Shown piece by piece: positions 28,981-39,225 of a DNA stretch of 64,000 bases. The notes below the pieces were generated by a model that searched no databases, was not told where the DNA came from, and saw only the letters and a list, made by a program, of their open reading frames with translations. Source of the stretch: an uncultured virus (IMG/VR IMGVR_UViG_3300020180_001139) (taxonomy: Duplodnaviria > Heunggongvirae > Uroviricota > Caudoviricetes); the IMG/VR virus record IMGVR_UViG_3300020180_001139; one strand, given 5' to 3'. The position numbers and the translations under genes were made by a program. How positions within the stretch are numbered: the stretch's first letter is position 1; each line of letters starts with the position of its first letter.

Positions 28981-29398
28981 GGATGATGAAGCCGATCATA
29001 CCGATTTGATGCAAAAAACAAATCGGGTCAAGCTACATAATCCGACAGAATCCAAGACAAAATCTCCTAAAGAAGCGTTCGAGGAACGTGCGGGCGAAGC
29101 AGTCGCGCAGGATCGAATATATAAGGAACGTGCGTTTGAACTTGGTAAACGCTGGATGGCTTCCGTTCGAGACAAAACTCTGCCGGAAAATCGTGGCCCG
29201 ATCGGGAAAGAGGTAGAAGACAAACTGTTTGATCAGTTGGTCATGCTCGGGATGGAAATGAATAATGATCCCGATGTGCTCGACGAGAGTATCGGTAGCA
29301 TTGGACTGATTACGATTCTCATGAAGACATGTCTTGAGTACCGTGATAGATTGAATAAATTAGAGTACGAACTTCATAAAATAAACAAAAATGAATGA
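28970..29398 (+). CDS. Hypothetical protein
   Basis: GAGG SD before the ATG at 28970. Confidence 0.65.
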   Translation: MPFEDDEADHTDLMQKTNRVKLHNPTESKTKSPKEAFEERAGEAVAQDRIYKERAFELGKRWMASVRDKTLPENRGPIGKEVEDKLFDQLVMLGMEMNNDPDVLDESIGSIGLITILMKTCLEYRDRLNKLEYELHKINKNE

Positions 29399-29978
29399 TT
29401 GGGAAACGGATTGGAAATGGGAAGACCCGGAAACTATATGTGATCCCGATGGTAAACCCGTCAGTATCAAATCTATTCTGGACCAAGCCAATTCCGTTTC
29501 CATACTAACGGTCGTTTCGGATCTAGGAATCCGTATCGACCCGGCCCGTAAGATCCGATGCCCATTCCATAAGAATGGCAACGAAATATCTCCGGGGATG
29601 GTTCTGTATACGGATTCAAATCGTTTCTATTGCTTCGTTTGTGCCAGAACCGGAAGGCCGGTTGAGTTTTTCTCAGCTGTACGGAAGGTGAAAAAACTAG
29701 AAGCGGCCCTCATGATTCTAAAAAATCATGCCGGTGCCACCAGCGAATATAGCGGTCCAGATGCCCGATCCGGACCAATTAATGATAAAATAATTCTTGA
29801 TTTTGCAACGCAAATAAGACAATTCATAAGAACAAATCATTACAGTCAAGATAGTATTTGTTTCGCAGAGAAGCTAACCTATGTTCTGGATCGTCTGAAT
29901 GAGCGACATAACATGCCTTCCCAGGCTCTCATTTCGACGATAGATAAGCTTCGTACGAAGCTCTCTCTATATACGTGA
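29391..29978 (+). CDS. Stand-alone CHC2 zinc-finger (DnaG primase Zn-binding domain) protein
   Basis: CPFH...E.SP......FYCFVC..GRPVEF. Confidence 0.85.
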   Translation: MNDWETDWKWEDPETICDPDGKPVSIKSILDQANSVSILTVVSDLGIRIDPARKIRCPFHKNGNEISPGMVLYTDSNRFYCFVCARTGRPVEFFSAVRKVKKLEAALMILKNHAGATSEYSGPDARSGPINDKIILDFATQIRQFIRTNHYSQDSICFAEKLTYVLDRLNERHNMPSQALISTIDKLRTKLSLYT

Positions 29979-29991
29979 GAGCGGTGTATTT

Positions 29992-31185
29992 ATGAGCGTT
30001 TCAATTATCTTGGGAGACATCCATCTTGGAAAAGGTCTCTCTATTGGCAAATTAGGCATCGGATCGGCTCTAAACAGTAGAATTGTCGATCAGATTAATC
30101 TTCTTGATTGGGTCCGTGATCAAGCCCACCAGCGTCACGCCGAACGTATCATCCTGACCGGTGATATCTTTCAAGACCCTAAACCTCATCCGTCTATTAT
30201 AAAAATCTTCCTGGCCTGGGTCAAAAGATGCCAGCTGGATAATATCCAGCTCCATATTATTTATGGAAATCATGATATACTGAGAAGCGGTCAGTTCGTC
30301 ACTTCTGCCCTGGATATTCTGGCAGAAGCTGATCTGGATAATGTTTTCCTATACAACTCAATCGATACCATCATCACCCCAGGTGTAGGATTCACTCTAC
30401 TACCGTTCCGTGACAGACGATCTTTTGATCTAGAATCGCATGATAAGGCCATATTATCAATTAAAGATAAACTTACATTCGAACGCGCCTCCATACCTTC
30501 TCATTATAAAAAGGTACTGATTGGTCATTTGGCTCTAGAAGGCTCGATCTATGTAGGTGATGAATTTTCTGATAGTTCAAACGAACTTTTCTGCCCACTA
30601 GATATGTTTAATGATTATGATTATGTATGGATGGGACATATTCATAAGCCGCAAGTATTAAAAGAATCTCCACATATAGCTCATGTCGGGAGCATGGATC
30701 GGTCTGATTTTGGAGAGACCGATCACGATAAAGTAATCATTGTATTGGATTCAGATTCTCCTGAGTTTTTTGAAACAGTACAGCTGCCTACTAGAAACCT
30801 CGTTTCGTTAAAAATAACGATCGATCAAAATTCAGCTGATCCGACTCAAACCGTACTGGATCAATTAAAACTTAATTCTTTTATGTTGAAAGATAGTTTG
30901 ATGCGGCTGGAGGTCCAGGTGATGGAATCAGGATTGCCAAATTTGGATCGAAAACTAATTGAATCACAAATTTATAAATACGGAACATTTCACATTTCTG
31001 GATTCACCGAAACAAGGAAAGTTCAACAGATAAAAAAACGTTCAACGGATCAATTTACAAATATTAACGATGCTTCGGTTATGCTGAAACGATATGCTGA
31101 GCTTCATATTGAGCCGGATATTCATGATGAATTCTGTTCCGTCGCGACTGAAGTCATGATGGAATATAAGGCGGAAGAAAAATGA
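29992..31185 (+). CDS. sbcD: SbcD/Mre11 nuclease
   Basis: GDIHLG, GDIF, GNHD, GHIH, GSM.RSDFGE. Confidence 0.92.
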   Translation: MSVSIILGDIHLGKGLSIGKLGIGSALNSRIVDQINLLDWVRDQAHQRHAERIILTGDIFQDPKPHPSIIKIFLAWVKRCQLDNIQLHIIYGNHDILRSGQFVTSALDILAEADLDNVFLYNSIDTIITPGVGFTLLPFRDRRSFDLESHDKAILSIKDKLTFERASIPSHYKKVLIGHLALEGSIYVGDEFSDSSNELFCPLDMFNDYDYVWMGHIHKPQVLKESPHIAHVGSMDRSDFGETDHDKVIIVLDSDSPEFFETVQLPTRNLVSLKITIDQNSADPTQTVLDQLKLNSFMLKDSLMRLEVQVMESGLPNLDRKLIESQIYKYGTFHISGFTETRKVQQIKKRSTDQFTNINDASVMLKRYAELHIEPDIHDEFCSVATEVMMEYKAEEK

Positions 31186-33335
31186 ACCCATTACATCTTA
31201 CATTAGAAAATTTTTTCTGTCACGTTAATTCTGACATTGATCTGTCTGGATTCAGCTCTGCTTTGATTGTCGGAAAAGGCATAAATAATGATCAAAGATC
31301 AAATGGTGTTGGGAAAAGCAAGATTTTTACAGCAATTGATTATGTTCTTTTTAATGAAATAAAAGATATCAAAAGCATTGAAAATATAATACGAGACGGA
31401 TCCGATACATGTAAAGTTACGTTTATATTTGAAAATGATAACGTGACGTATAAAGTAGTACGTTCGCGAGGACGAAAAGCAAACTCTGCCGAGCTTAATC
31501 TTTATATAAAAAACCAAAATGGTTGGGATAAGAAAACAGAGCGAAGAAATGAAGATACGGAAAGAGAATTATCCAAGATAATACGTCTCAACTATAAAAC
31601 ATTTCATCATTCAGCAATGTTTGCCCAAAATGACCTGGAAGGACTTCCTTCCCTCACACCAGAAAAACGCAAACAGGTATTGAAAGATTGCTTGCAATTA
31701 CATCCATATACGAAAATGGAACTTATTGCCAAGAAGAAGTTGGCAGGTATAGATAAAAATATACAACAAAAACAAACTCTTATAGAGTCATTCAGAAACA
31801 TAGAACAAACAATTTTAGATTTGTCTGAACAGGAAAAAAACGCCAATAGTTCCAAACTTGACCTGCAAAATAACATCGCTACACAGAAACATAGCGTTAA
31901 AGAAAAACAAAAATCATTACAAGAATTGGTTCAGGCAAATCTTCAATTCAAGATGACTGCTGAACAATTAAATAATAAAATCTTATCTCTTGATAAAAGT
32001 ATTCAAAAATTAACAGCTTCTAAAAATAATTTAATTGAACATCTTAACAGTATAAAGAAAGATATCGAAACTGATATTCAGACGATTACTGATCAGACGC
32101 AACAAATTCAGAATATAAAAGCTAATATTTTAGATGGCGATCAGATCAGTAAAATTCAACAAGAAGCCATTGCGGCACATTCAAATTTAAAGGTTGAGTT
32201 TAAAGTTCTAGATTCTGAGCTTAGTCGTTTATTGGTTCCGCTCCCCACCGGAACCGTATGTGGAGTTTGCCGCCACGAATTGACTCCAGAGCACCTTCAA
32301 GCCTGCGCGGCAGATATTGCCAAAAACATTGAATCGATACGTGAGAAAAAAGACAGTACTGATAAAAAGATACTCGAATTACAAAAGCAGATAAATCTGA
32401 CAAATAGTCAGCTAAACAGTATATCAAATGATTCAAAACGAATCAGCTCATTAGAAATGAGCATCGCTACCAAAGAAAAGAACATCGCCGGTTCAAGATC
32501 TTTATTTGATAATTATAAATCACAATTAAAACAAACAAAAGAGACCCTGGCTGATCATACAGAACAGTATGAATTAGCCAGAACTGATTTGCTTAATTTT
32601 AATTCCGATGCATACAATAAAGCAGTTGATGATATTTCATCATTAAAAGCTCAAATCACTTCTGAGGAAACTTCGCTACTTTCCTATGAAAATAAATACA
32701 ATCAGGTATGTTCGACTGTTTCGGTGATTCAAGACAGATTAAGTGCTGCGATGCAGTCTCAGGCAAATTCTTTAATTATAAAAGAAGAATTAAAAAAAGA
32801 AGAGAAAAATTGTAAACTTTACAATAAAGTCGTAACGGCTTTCGGATCCAAAGGTATTCCGACGCTGATTATTCATAATATGCTGGATGATCTTCAGATC
32901 GAGGCTAATATTATTTTAGAACAAATCAAACCTGGACTTCAGCTAAAATTTGAAATTGATAAAGAAAATAGCAAAGGTGAAACATCCGATACATTATCTA
33001 TAATGTATTTCATTAACGGAAGAGATCGCGAGTATGGCCAGTTATCTGGAGGGCAGAAGTTAATTATTATATTATCATTACGGCTCGCCCTATCTGTGAT
33101 TATTCAGAGGAACCTTGGTCTGGATATAAGATTTTTAATGCTGGATGAAGTAGATCCTTCCCTAGATAAGGAAAGCCTTCAACTTTTTCATGAAATGATT
33201 AAATATCTTGAAAAAAGTTTTAAGATCCTAATCATAACACATAATGATTCTCTTAAAGATAAATTTGAACATGCTATTCTGGTTGAACAGGACCAAGATA
33301 TGAACAGTACAGCCAGGATGGTACAGTCATGGTAA
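31182..33335 (+). CDS. sbcC: SbcC/Rad50 SMC ATPase
   Basis: NGVGKS Walker A, CGVC zinc hook, LSGGQ, LDE, ITH. Confidence 0.93.
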   Translation: MNPLHLTLENFFCHVNSDIDLSGFSSALIVGKGINNDQRSNGVGKSKIFTAIDYVLFNEIKDIKSIENIIRDGSDTCKVTFIFENDNVTYKVVRSRGRKANSAELNLYIKNQNGWDKKTERRNEDTERELSKIIRLNYKTFHHSAMFAQNDLEGLPSLTPEKRKQVLKDCLQLHPYTKMELIAKKKLAGIDKNIQQKQTLIESFRNIEQTILDLSEQEKNANSSKLDLQNNIATQKHSVKEKQKSLQELVQANLQFKMTAEQLNNKILSLDKSIQKLTASKNNLIEHLNSIKKDIETDIQTITDQTQQIQNIKANILDGDQISKIQQEAIAAHSNLKVEFKVLDSELSRLLVPLPTGTVCGVCRHELTPEHLQACAADIAKNIESIREKKDSTDKKILELQKQINLTNSQLNSISNDSKRISSLEMSIATKEKNIAGSRSLFDNYKSQLKQTKETLADHTEQYELARTDLLNFNSDAYNKAVDDISSLKAQITSEETSLLSYENKYNQVCSTVSVIQDRLSAAMQSQANSLIIKEELKKEEKNCKLYNKVVTAFGSKGIPTLIIHNMLDDLQIEANIILEQIKPGLQLKFEIDKENSKGETSDTLSIMYFINGRDREYGQLSGGQKLIIILSLRLALSVIIQRNLGLDIRFLMLDEVDPSLDKESLQLFHEMIKYLEKSFKILIITHNDSLKDKFEHAILVEQDQDMNSTARMVQSW

Positions 33336-33904
33336 CGAAGATCGCAATATCCGGAAAGGCAAATTCTGGCAAAAATACTCTCGCGATGATGCTGGATGCT
33401 GCATTTAGCCAGCATAACAGAAGGGTAGAAATTTATGCTTTTGCTAACAGGATAAAAGAAATCATTCAGATGATGATTCCGAGAGGGCATGAACAAACGG
33501 TTCATGAACATCTTTACGGAAAATCTTACCTTCGTAAAGAAAAAATACCTGGTCTTGATGACATTACGTATAGAAAAGCTTGTCTAGAAATAGGTAAAGT
33601 CGGAAGGTCTTTTAACGATAACTTATGGATAAATCATTTTCTTGATCATTTTTCTGTTTATGGAAAAGATGTATATATTATTACGGATCTAAGATTTATT
33701 AATGAATTTAATAAATTAAAGAGTCTTGATTTCATCACTATAAGGATAAAAAGAAGAGAATCGATAGTTATTGATGATATCAGTGATACACAGCAGGAAA
33801 GTATTCCTGACAGTGAATTTAATTATATTATAGATAACGATTATGATCTTGACCATTTAACATTAAAATGTCAAGAAATTTATAATCAAATCAAGTACAA
33901 ATGA
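33329..33904 (+). CDS. Deoxynucleoside monophosphate kinase
   Basis: ISGKANSGKNT, FA..IKE, ITDLRFINE. Confidence 0.85.
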   Translation: MVTKIAISGKANSGKNTLAMMLDAAFSQHNRRVEIYAFANRIKEIIQMMIPRGHEQTVHEHLYGKSYLRKEKIPGLDDITYRKACLEIGKVGRSFNDNLWINHFLDHFSVYGKDVYIITDLRFINEFNKLKSLDFITIRIKRRESIVIDDISDTQQESIPDSEFNYIIDNDYDLDHLTLKCQEIYNQIKYK

Positions 33905-34479
33905 GTTGTTTAGTTATTCATATCCCGCACGAAACTGCCAGACTTTTCTCCAGTATTGAAGTTCCGGGAACAAGGACTCCTCTGGATGAGCTTCACGTAA
34001 CCGTTATGTATCTGGGAGACGACGTATCTATAAAAGACATCGCTACCGCAATTACTAATATTTACAGAGTAACATCAGATCAGTATCCATTTTCAATCAA
34101 AATAAATAAAGTTAAGTGTTTCGATGTATCATCGGGAGACAAGGATTACACGATAATTGCATCGGTAGTCTCGCCTGAATTGCATGAATTTCGTGATCTG
34201 ATCAAATCAGCTCTAGATAAAGCGGGTGTGGATTATCCCAAAACATATCCCACGTATAAACCTCATCTGACTCTCTCGTACAGCCCTAAAAAGATAAAAG
34301 AGATAGAGCTGGAGGAACCAATTGTGTTTGGCGTGCCGGAAGTTGTTCTGTGGTGCGGAGAACATGGGGATGACGAAATGAGCGTTCATTTTCCATTTAC
34401 GATCGGTAGAACCAAGGCAAAATACGCCAAAACAGTATTGAAAGGGCCGAATAAACTTCCTGCTAAATTCTCAAGATGA
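33901..34479 (+). CDS. 2H phosphoesterase (LigT / Acb1-like)
   Basis: Two HxT motifs: LHVTVMY and YKPHLTLSY. Confidence 0.85.
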   Translation: MSCLVIHIPHETARLFSSIEVPGTRTPLDELHVTVMYLGDDVSIKDIATAITNIYRVTSDQYPFSIKINKVKCFDVSSGDKDYTIIASVVSPELHEFRDLIKSALDKAGVDYPKTYPTYKPHLTLSYSPKKIKEIELEEPIVFGVPEVVLWCGEHGDDEMSVHFPFTIGRTKAKYAKTVLKGPNKLPAKFSR

Positions 34480-34856
34480 CTATGATTGACAGAATAACTA
34501 ATTATATAATTAGGAGCCGAATGTCTTATAATTTCAAAAAAGATTTCGTGCTCCGTTATACCCAAACCGGACCCGGTAAATTTTATAAATTTTTACTATC
34601 TTCGGCGATAGTAAAGGTATCGTTATTATTGGAAAATGAAGAATCAAATAAACAATTCAGATTTCCGGATCAAGAACTATTAGATTATTATGAAAAATTC
34701 CTTATGTTTTATCGTAGGGAAAATGAAGATATATATATGGAGATAGCTAAATTGTGCAGAAAAGCGGCTCATAAAATCTATAGAGAACTTCTGAGACAGA
34801 AAATAATTGAACGAAATGGAAAGTTTTTAAACTTAATACCTGATGGCCGTAATTAG
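34476..34856 (+). CDS. Hypothetical protein
   Basis: Coupled ORF. Confidence 0.6.
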   Translation: MTMIDRITNYIIRSRMSYNFKKDFVLRYTQTGPGKFYKFLLSSAIVKVSLLLENEESNKQFRFPDQELLDYYEKFLMFYRRENEDIYMEIAKLCRKAAHKIYRELLRQKIIERNGKFLNLIPDGRN

Positions 34857-35820
34857 TCTCACCATAACTGAATCGAGTGTTCAGGTCGTTCCGGGTATTC
34901 CGCAGACCGTAACCATCACGGCAAATATTCCCAGCACAATATTTTATACTTTTGATGGGACGGATCCTAATTCAAGCTCTCTTGTGTATTTAGCACCGAT
35001 AGTTCTGCCAAAAACCGCACCAACGGTTCTGTTAAAGATATTGGCAACCAACGGTACCGACACAAGTTCAGTTATTGTAAATCATTATGGATTTGATCAA
35101 TCTACTATACGAAAGAGTCATGCATCCGTAACGGGACTGGATAACCGTCAGGGAGCGGTTTTTCCGTTCGCCAGCAATGCTCAGAACACGACGTTTAATT
35201 ATGGAAATGCAGGAAACGCCGGGATCACCGTAGACGCACCGGACGTCCCGAACGTTACGACGAATTATTTTGACGCCAATGGTAACCCGGTCGGGGCGAC
35301 AGATCTCCCGCTCGATCAATACAAGCAAATCTATACGACCACGGATGCGCTAGGACAAACCGGAAAAGGAATCGGAACCATTCCGAGCCAGATTCGTATA
35401 ATTCCAAAAGAAGCAGCTCCTCAATCCTCTGATCGTGCGGATAAGGTGTTTAATCCAAAAGCTCTGGTAATTTATCAAGATTCCAGAACAGAATCCGGAA
35501 ATGATCCAACAGCGCTGAATAGAGAATTTTTCGCTCTTGAAAACCCTGAATTTGTTCGTGATGGAGCCCTTCTTTATAACGATGGTCCGGATACCCTCAC
35601 ATCAACAGGCTCTTTTTTAAAGAGTTATGTCAATCCCAGAGATAATACGATTACGTATTATTATTATGATAATGCAGTTAATCGTTGGATAATTTCGAAG
35701 CAGCCTTATCAATTAAAAGATCCAAATGTTTCAAATTTATCCGGAATGGTATTTGGTCGAGGTGGAGGCGCCGGAATGGTCTATCTATGGAGACCATTTA
35801 TGAGAAGAGCTTTAATATAA
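34843..35820 (+). CDS. Putative virion protein with an N-terminal FN3/chitobiase-like Ig domain
   Basis: IFYTFDGTDP...Y..PI; Thr/Asn/Gly-rich composition. Confidence 0.6.
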   Translation: MAVISLTITESSVQVVPGIPQTVTITANIPSTIFYTFDGTDPNSSSLVYLAPIVLPKTAPTVLLKILATNGTDTSSVIVNHYGFDQSTIRKSHASVTGLDNRQGAVFPFASNAQNTTFNYGNAGNAGITVDAPDVPNVTTNYFDANGNPVGATDLPLDQYKQIYTTTDALGQTGKGIGTIPSQIRIIPKEAAPQSSDRADKVFNPKALVIYQDSRTESGNDPTALNREFFALENPEFVRDGALLYNDGPDTLTSTGSFLKSYVNPRDNTITYYYYDNAVNRWIISKQPYQLKDPNVSNLSGMVFGRGGGAGMVYLWRPFMRRALI

Positions 35821-36608
35821 TGCCACCAACAACTCCATATAAATTATCAGTCTCTAAAACAAAAACATATGTAGATTGTAAAAGAAAATTCAAATTCTCT
35901 TACATTGATAAGCTTCCAAAAAAAGATTGGGCTCATCTTACGTATGGTAAATTCATTCATAGAATACTAGAATTGTTCCACCAATATTATCTAGAAAGTG
36001 GAAACGATCCCTGTCATGTCGTGATGGGAAGGTGTTTTAATCAGGCAGTTAAAGAATTTAAAGCCGAATTAACGCCTGAACAGAAAAAAGAAGGTTACGA
36101 AGCTCTTAATTCATATCTGAATATCTGGTCAAATCCAGAAATAATACGAAGCTCGATTCTCTCGGTTGAGAAACAATTCAACGTAAATATAGATGATACG
36201 GTATTGTTGAACGGAATGATCGATAGAGTTCAAGTGGATCCGGATGGAATGATCCATGTTGCGGATTACAAAACAACAAAAGATAAGAAATATCTTAAAA
36301 ATGACTGGTTTCAGCTGCTCACGTACGCATACGTGATGATGCTGGAAGATCCCAGTATCGAAACTGTACGCGGATCCTATGTATTGATTCGTCACGGGTT
36401 TGAATACATTACATCAGAGTTCAAGCGTGCTGACGTATTGAAGATTAAAGACAAGTATTTACAGTATCAGATTGAAATCTCCGAAGAAAAGCTTTGGCGG
36501 GCCAATCCTACCTTTTTATGCAAATTCTGTGATTTCCTAGAATCGTGCGAAGAAGGAAAGAAACAAGTCTATAAGGGTGATTTTTTCGGTCCAACTGATT
36601 GGACATAG
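35820..36608 (+). CDS. PD-(D/E)XK exonuclease (RecB/Cas4-like, Fe-S type)
   Basis: LSVS....YVDC, GMIDRV, DYKT, QL..Y, CKFCDF...C. Confidence 0.88.
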   Translation: MPPTTPYKLSVSKTKTYVDCKRKFKFSYIDKLPKKDWAHLTYGKFIHRILELFHQYYLESGNDPCHVVMGRCFNQAVKEFKAELTPEQKKEGYEALNSYLNIWSNPEIIRSSILSVEKQFNVNIDDTVLLNGMIDRVQVDPDGMIHVADYKTTKDKKYLKNDWFQLLTYAYVMMLEDPSIETVRGSYVLIRHGFEYITSEFKRADVLKIKDKYLQYQIEISEEKLWRANPTFLCKFCDFLESCEEGKKQVYKGDFFGPTDWT

Positions 36609-36676
36609 TGAGTGAAGTCCGACTGAACATAGTATATCGTATGAAGAAGGCGATCCTGCCTGGATGGAGAAAGTAA

Positions 36677-37945
36677 ATGGAAATTCAAGTTAATGATCTG
36701 GAATACTGTAAAGTTCAAATTCAATGCCGAACGGGTCTCGAAGATATCGAGACTCAGCGCAATGCTGTTCTGGATGAAATGAAGGACGTAAAGGTCTCAG
36801 GCTTCCGCCCAGGCAAAGCAACGAATGAAATTCTAAAAATTAGATTCAAAAAGCAAATTGATGAATCGGTAAAACAGAGATTAGCTCAATTTGCTTTTGA
36901 AAAAGCCATTTCTGAACAAAAAATAACCCCACTTGGTAATCCCAAATTTACTTCTTTGGAATTGAAAAATGATTCATTTGAATGTGAATTTTTACTTCAA
37001 AAGAAGCCTGAATTTGAATTAAAGCAGTATAAAGAGTTTGAAATTCCAAAATTCCCTGCTCCGATCAGTGCCGGAGATATGGCGGAGAAGATTCTTCATC
37101 AATTAAGAGTCCAGCATGCTGAAGCTCTTCCGTACCAGGATTCTGATTTTATCCAGGTCGGAGATTCAATTATAGCTGATTATGAAACGTTTATTGATGG
37201 AGAGATTCAATCAGAATTATCTGGAAATAATCAGCTTCTTTTGGTAGGAGAAGCTCCGCTTCCTGCCTTTGATGATAATATTTTGGGTATGAAGATGGGA
37301 GATACGAGAGAGTTTGATATTGCGGTTCCGGAACAAGTTACGGAAAAATATAGCGGAAAAACTCTTCATTTCAAATTCACATTAAAAATGGGTTCCAAAA
37401 AGAACTTACCTCCGCTCGATGATAGTCTCGCGGTAAAGGTAGGATTGGCATCCTTTGATGATTTGAGAGAAAAAGCATTAGGAATTGCTGGATTGAAGGT
37501 TGAGGAGTATCGTAAGAACTATAATCATCAGCAAGTTGCGGATCGATTGGTTCAGAACCATGATTTTAAGATTCCGGATTGGCTCGTCACGACGGAAGCT
37601 CAATTCAAAGCCCGTGCAGATAAGACCAATAAGTTGGATTGGGAATCAATTACAGATGATCAAAAAGAAAAGCTTTTGTCAGATTCTGAAAAATCCATCA
37701 AATTAACATTTATTTTGGATAAAGTGAGAGAATTAGAGATTGATGCGCAAATGACCGATGAAGAGGTTTTTGCGCAAATCCAGCAGAATGTAGAGACGGT
37801 GGTGAAGGAGCATCCAGAGAAAACGGATGTCGATAAGATCCTCTCGAACCTGAAAGAGAGAGGAGTCCTTCAGGTGTTGAAGGGACAAATCAGGGATCAA
37901 TACACCCTGACTCATCTCGTCTCTACGTGTAAAACTTTAGATTAA
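36677..37945 (+). CDS. tig: Trigger factor
   Basis: GFRPGKA ribosome-binding motif; FKBP domain (GD....DY, FDDNILGMKMG); LPPLDD. Confidence 0.92.
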   Translation: MEIQVNDLEYCKVQIQCRTGLEDIETQRNAVLDEMKDVKVSGFRPGKATNEILKIRFKKQIDESVKQRLAQFAFEKAISEQKITPLGNPKFTSLELKNDSFECEFLLQKKPEFELKQYKEFEIPKFPAPISAGDMAEKILHQLRVQHAEALPYQDSDFIQVGDSIIADYETFIDGEIQSELSGNNQLLLVGEAPLPAFDDNILGMKMGDTREFDIAVPEQVTEKYSGKTLHFKFTLKMGSKKNLPPLDDSLAVKVGLASFDDLREKALGIAGLKVEEYRKNYNHQQVADRLVQNHDFKIPDWLVTTEAQFKARADKTNKLDWESITDDQKEKLLSDSEKSIKLTFILDKVRELEIDAQMTDEEVFAQIQQNVETVVKEHPEKTDVDKILSNLKERGVLQVLKGQIRDQYTLTHLVSTCKTLD

Positions 37946-37960
37946 CAGGGAAAGATTCTA

Positions 37961-38251
37961 ATGAGCGAAGATAAAGAATTTCCAAAGCGCCTTCAAAAAC
38001 GTCTCCCGACTGGCTTTGAGGAAGCAGTCCAATCAATGGATTTGGAAGAAATAAAGAAGAAAATTTATGAATCTGAATCTCACGCGTATGAGATTGAACG
38101 GGCCAAAGAAGAGGACGAAAAACTCACTCAGGCCAAGGAAATGGTAAAGGAAATCCAGGCACCGTATAAAGATGCCTATGATACGGAAGCCGCAAAGATC
38201 AAGTTTTGCTTTTTCGTACTGGAGAGCCGCGGCGTTAGTTTCTCTAAATAA
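37961..38251 (+). CDS. Hypothetical coiled-coil protein
   Basis: Clean ORF. Confidence 0.65.
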   Translation: MSEDKEFPKRLQKRLPTGFEEAVQSMDLEEIKKKIYESESHAYEIERAKEEDEKLTQAKEMVKEIQAPYKDAYDTEAAKIKFCFFVLESRGVSFSK

Positions 38252-38268
38252 TATCTCCGATATATGAT

Positions 38269-38298
38269 TGGGAGTCAGAACGTAAGTTTCGACTCCCA
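38269..38298 (+). promoter_or_regulatory. Intergenic stem-loop just upstream of a start codon
   Basis: TGGGAGTC...GACTCCCA with an inner GAAC-GTAA-GTTT hairpin. Confidence 0.5.
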
Positions 38299-38303
38299 TT
38301 ATC

Positions 38304-38603
38304 ATGTCCGAAATTTTTACAAAACAACGCACTAAATCTTGCTGTTCCGCCTCAACCTTATCATATCAATTAAACTTTCCAATTATGCGAGAGCATGTTC
38401 CGATATTTGAGGAAGCTGGTTTTGTGAGAAATAAGGTATTCTTTCAGGCTGGATTATTTTATGTAGAGAACGGTAGTTATGCCGCCACCGGTACATTCGG
38501 GTCTAGTGTAGTTACGATAAAATGTAAGGTTCGGGATTGTGATAACCTGACGACTGGCTTCGAATCTGTCATCATTTCCTTGAATGAAGCCGAGCTTAAA
38601 TAA
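38304..38603 (+). CDS. Hypothetical protein
   Basis: ORF. Confidence 0.6.
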   Translation: MSEIFTKQRTKSCCSASTLSYQLNFPIMREHVPIFEEAGFVRNKVFFQAGLFYVENGSYAATGTFGSSVVTIKCKVRDCDNLTTGFESVIISLNEAELK

Positions 38604-39225
38604 AAAAATAAAACGAGCCCCGAATAGACAGTCACGCTCTAAACAAATTAACTCTGACCTCTTACTGACTGCTTATCATGAAGCTGGACACATTATTTGC
38701 GGTATTCTTAATTTTTGTTACATCCAGTCCAGTAAACTTATTCATAGTAATTACGGCATTACAAAATATAAATACTTCGTTATGGTTTCGGACAAACCAA
38801 CACCTTTAGACGAATCAATTTTCCATTCTCAATTATCAGTTCTCCTGGCAGGTCAGGCAGCAGAACAAATTCTTATAAGAGAACTTTTCGGCTCAGAAAT
38901 AAATCTCTCAAAAAACCGAGCTTCTTCAGAAGACTTTAAAGAAGTTTCCTTATTATTAAGGAAAAACAAAATACCGGCTGATGTTGGAAAATCGCTCAAA
39001 CGAGCCATTCAGAACTTAATTATTGATAAGTTAACTGAACATTGGTCTTGTGTAAGAGCCCTGGCACACTTCTTAATAAGTAATAAATCATTAAAATATG
39101 ATCAGATCAAATTATTTTTGACTAATCTGGATCATGACGATGATGGTTTTTGGCGAGAACGTTACAGAGTTATAGAGTCGATCTATGGAGCAGAAATTGA
39201 ACCGGCCTTACGTCTCTCTGCATAA
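38584..39225 (+). CDS. Stand-alone peptidase M41 (FtsH protease-domain-like)
   Basis: TAYHEAGH, LLAGQAAE, ASSED, VRALA..L; no AAA+ domain. Confidence 0.75.
   Translation: MKPSLNKKIKRAPNRQSRSKQINSDLLLTAYHEAGHIICGILNFCYIQSSKLIHSNYGITKYKYFVMVSDKPTPLDESIFHSQLSVLLAGQAAEQILIRELFGSEINLSKNRASSEDFKEVSLLLRKNKIPADVGKSLKRAIQNLIIDKLTEHWSCVRALAHFLISNKSLKYDQIKLFLTNLDHDDDGFWRERYRVIESIYGAEIEPALRLSA

Noticed and set aside
35820..36608. Cas4 as part of a CRISPR-Cas system
   Set aside because: No other cas genes or array; solo Cas4/RecB-like nucleases are common in phage replication modules
38252..38303. Hairpin as a tRNA or ncRNA
   Set aside because: Too short, with no cloverleaf or T-loop; no tRNA was recognised anywhere in the window
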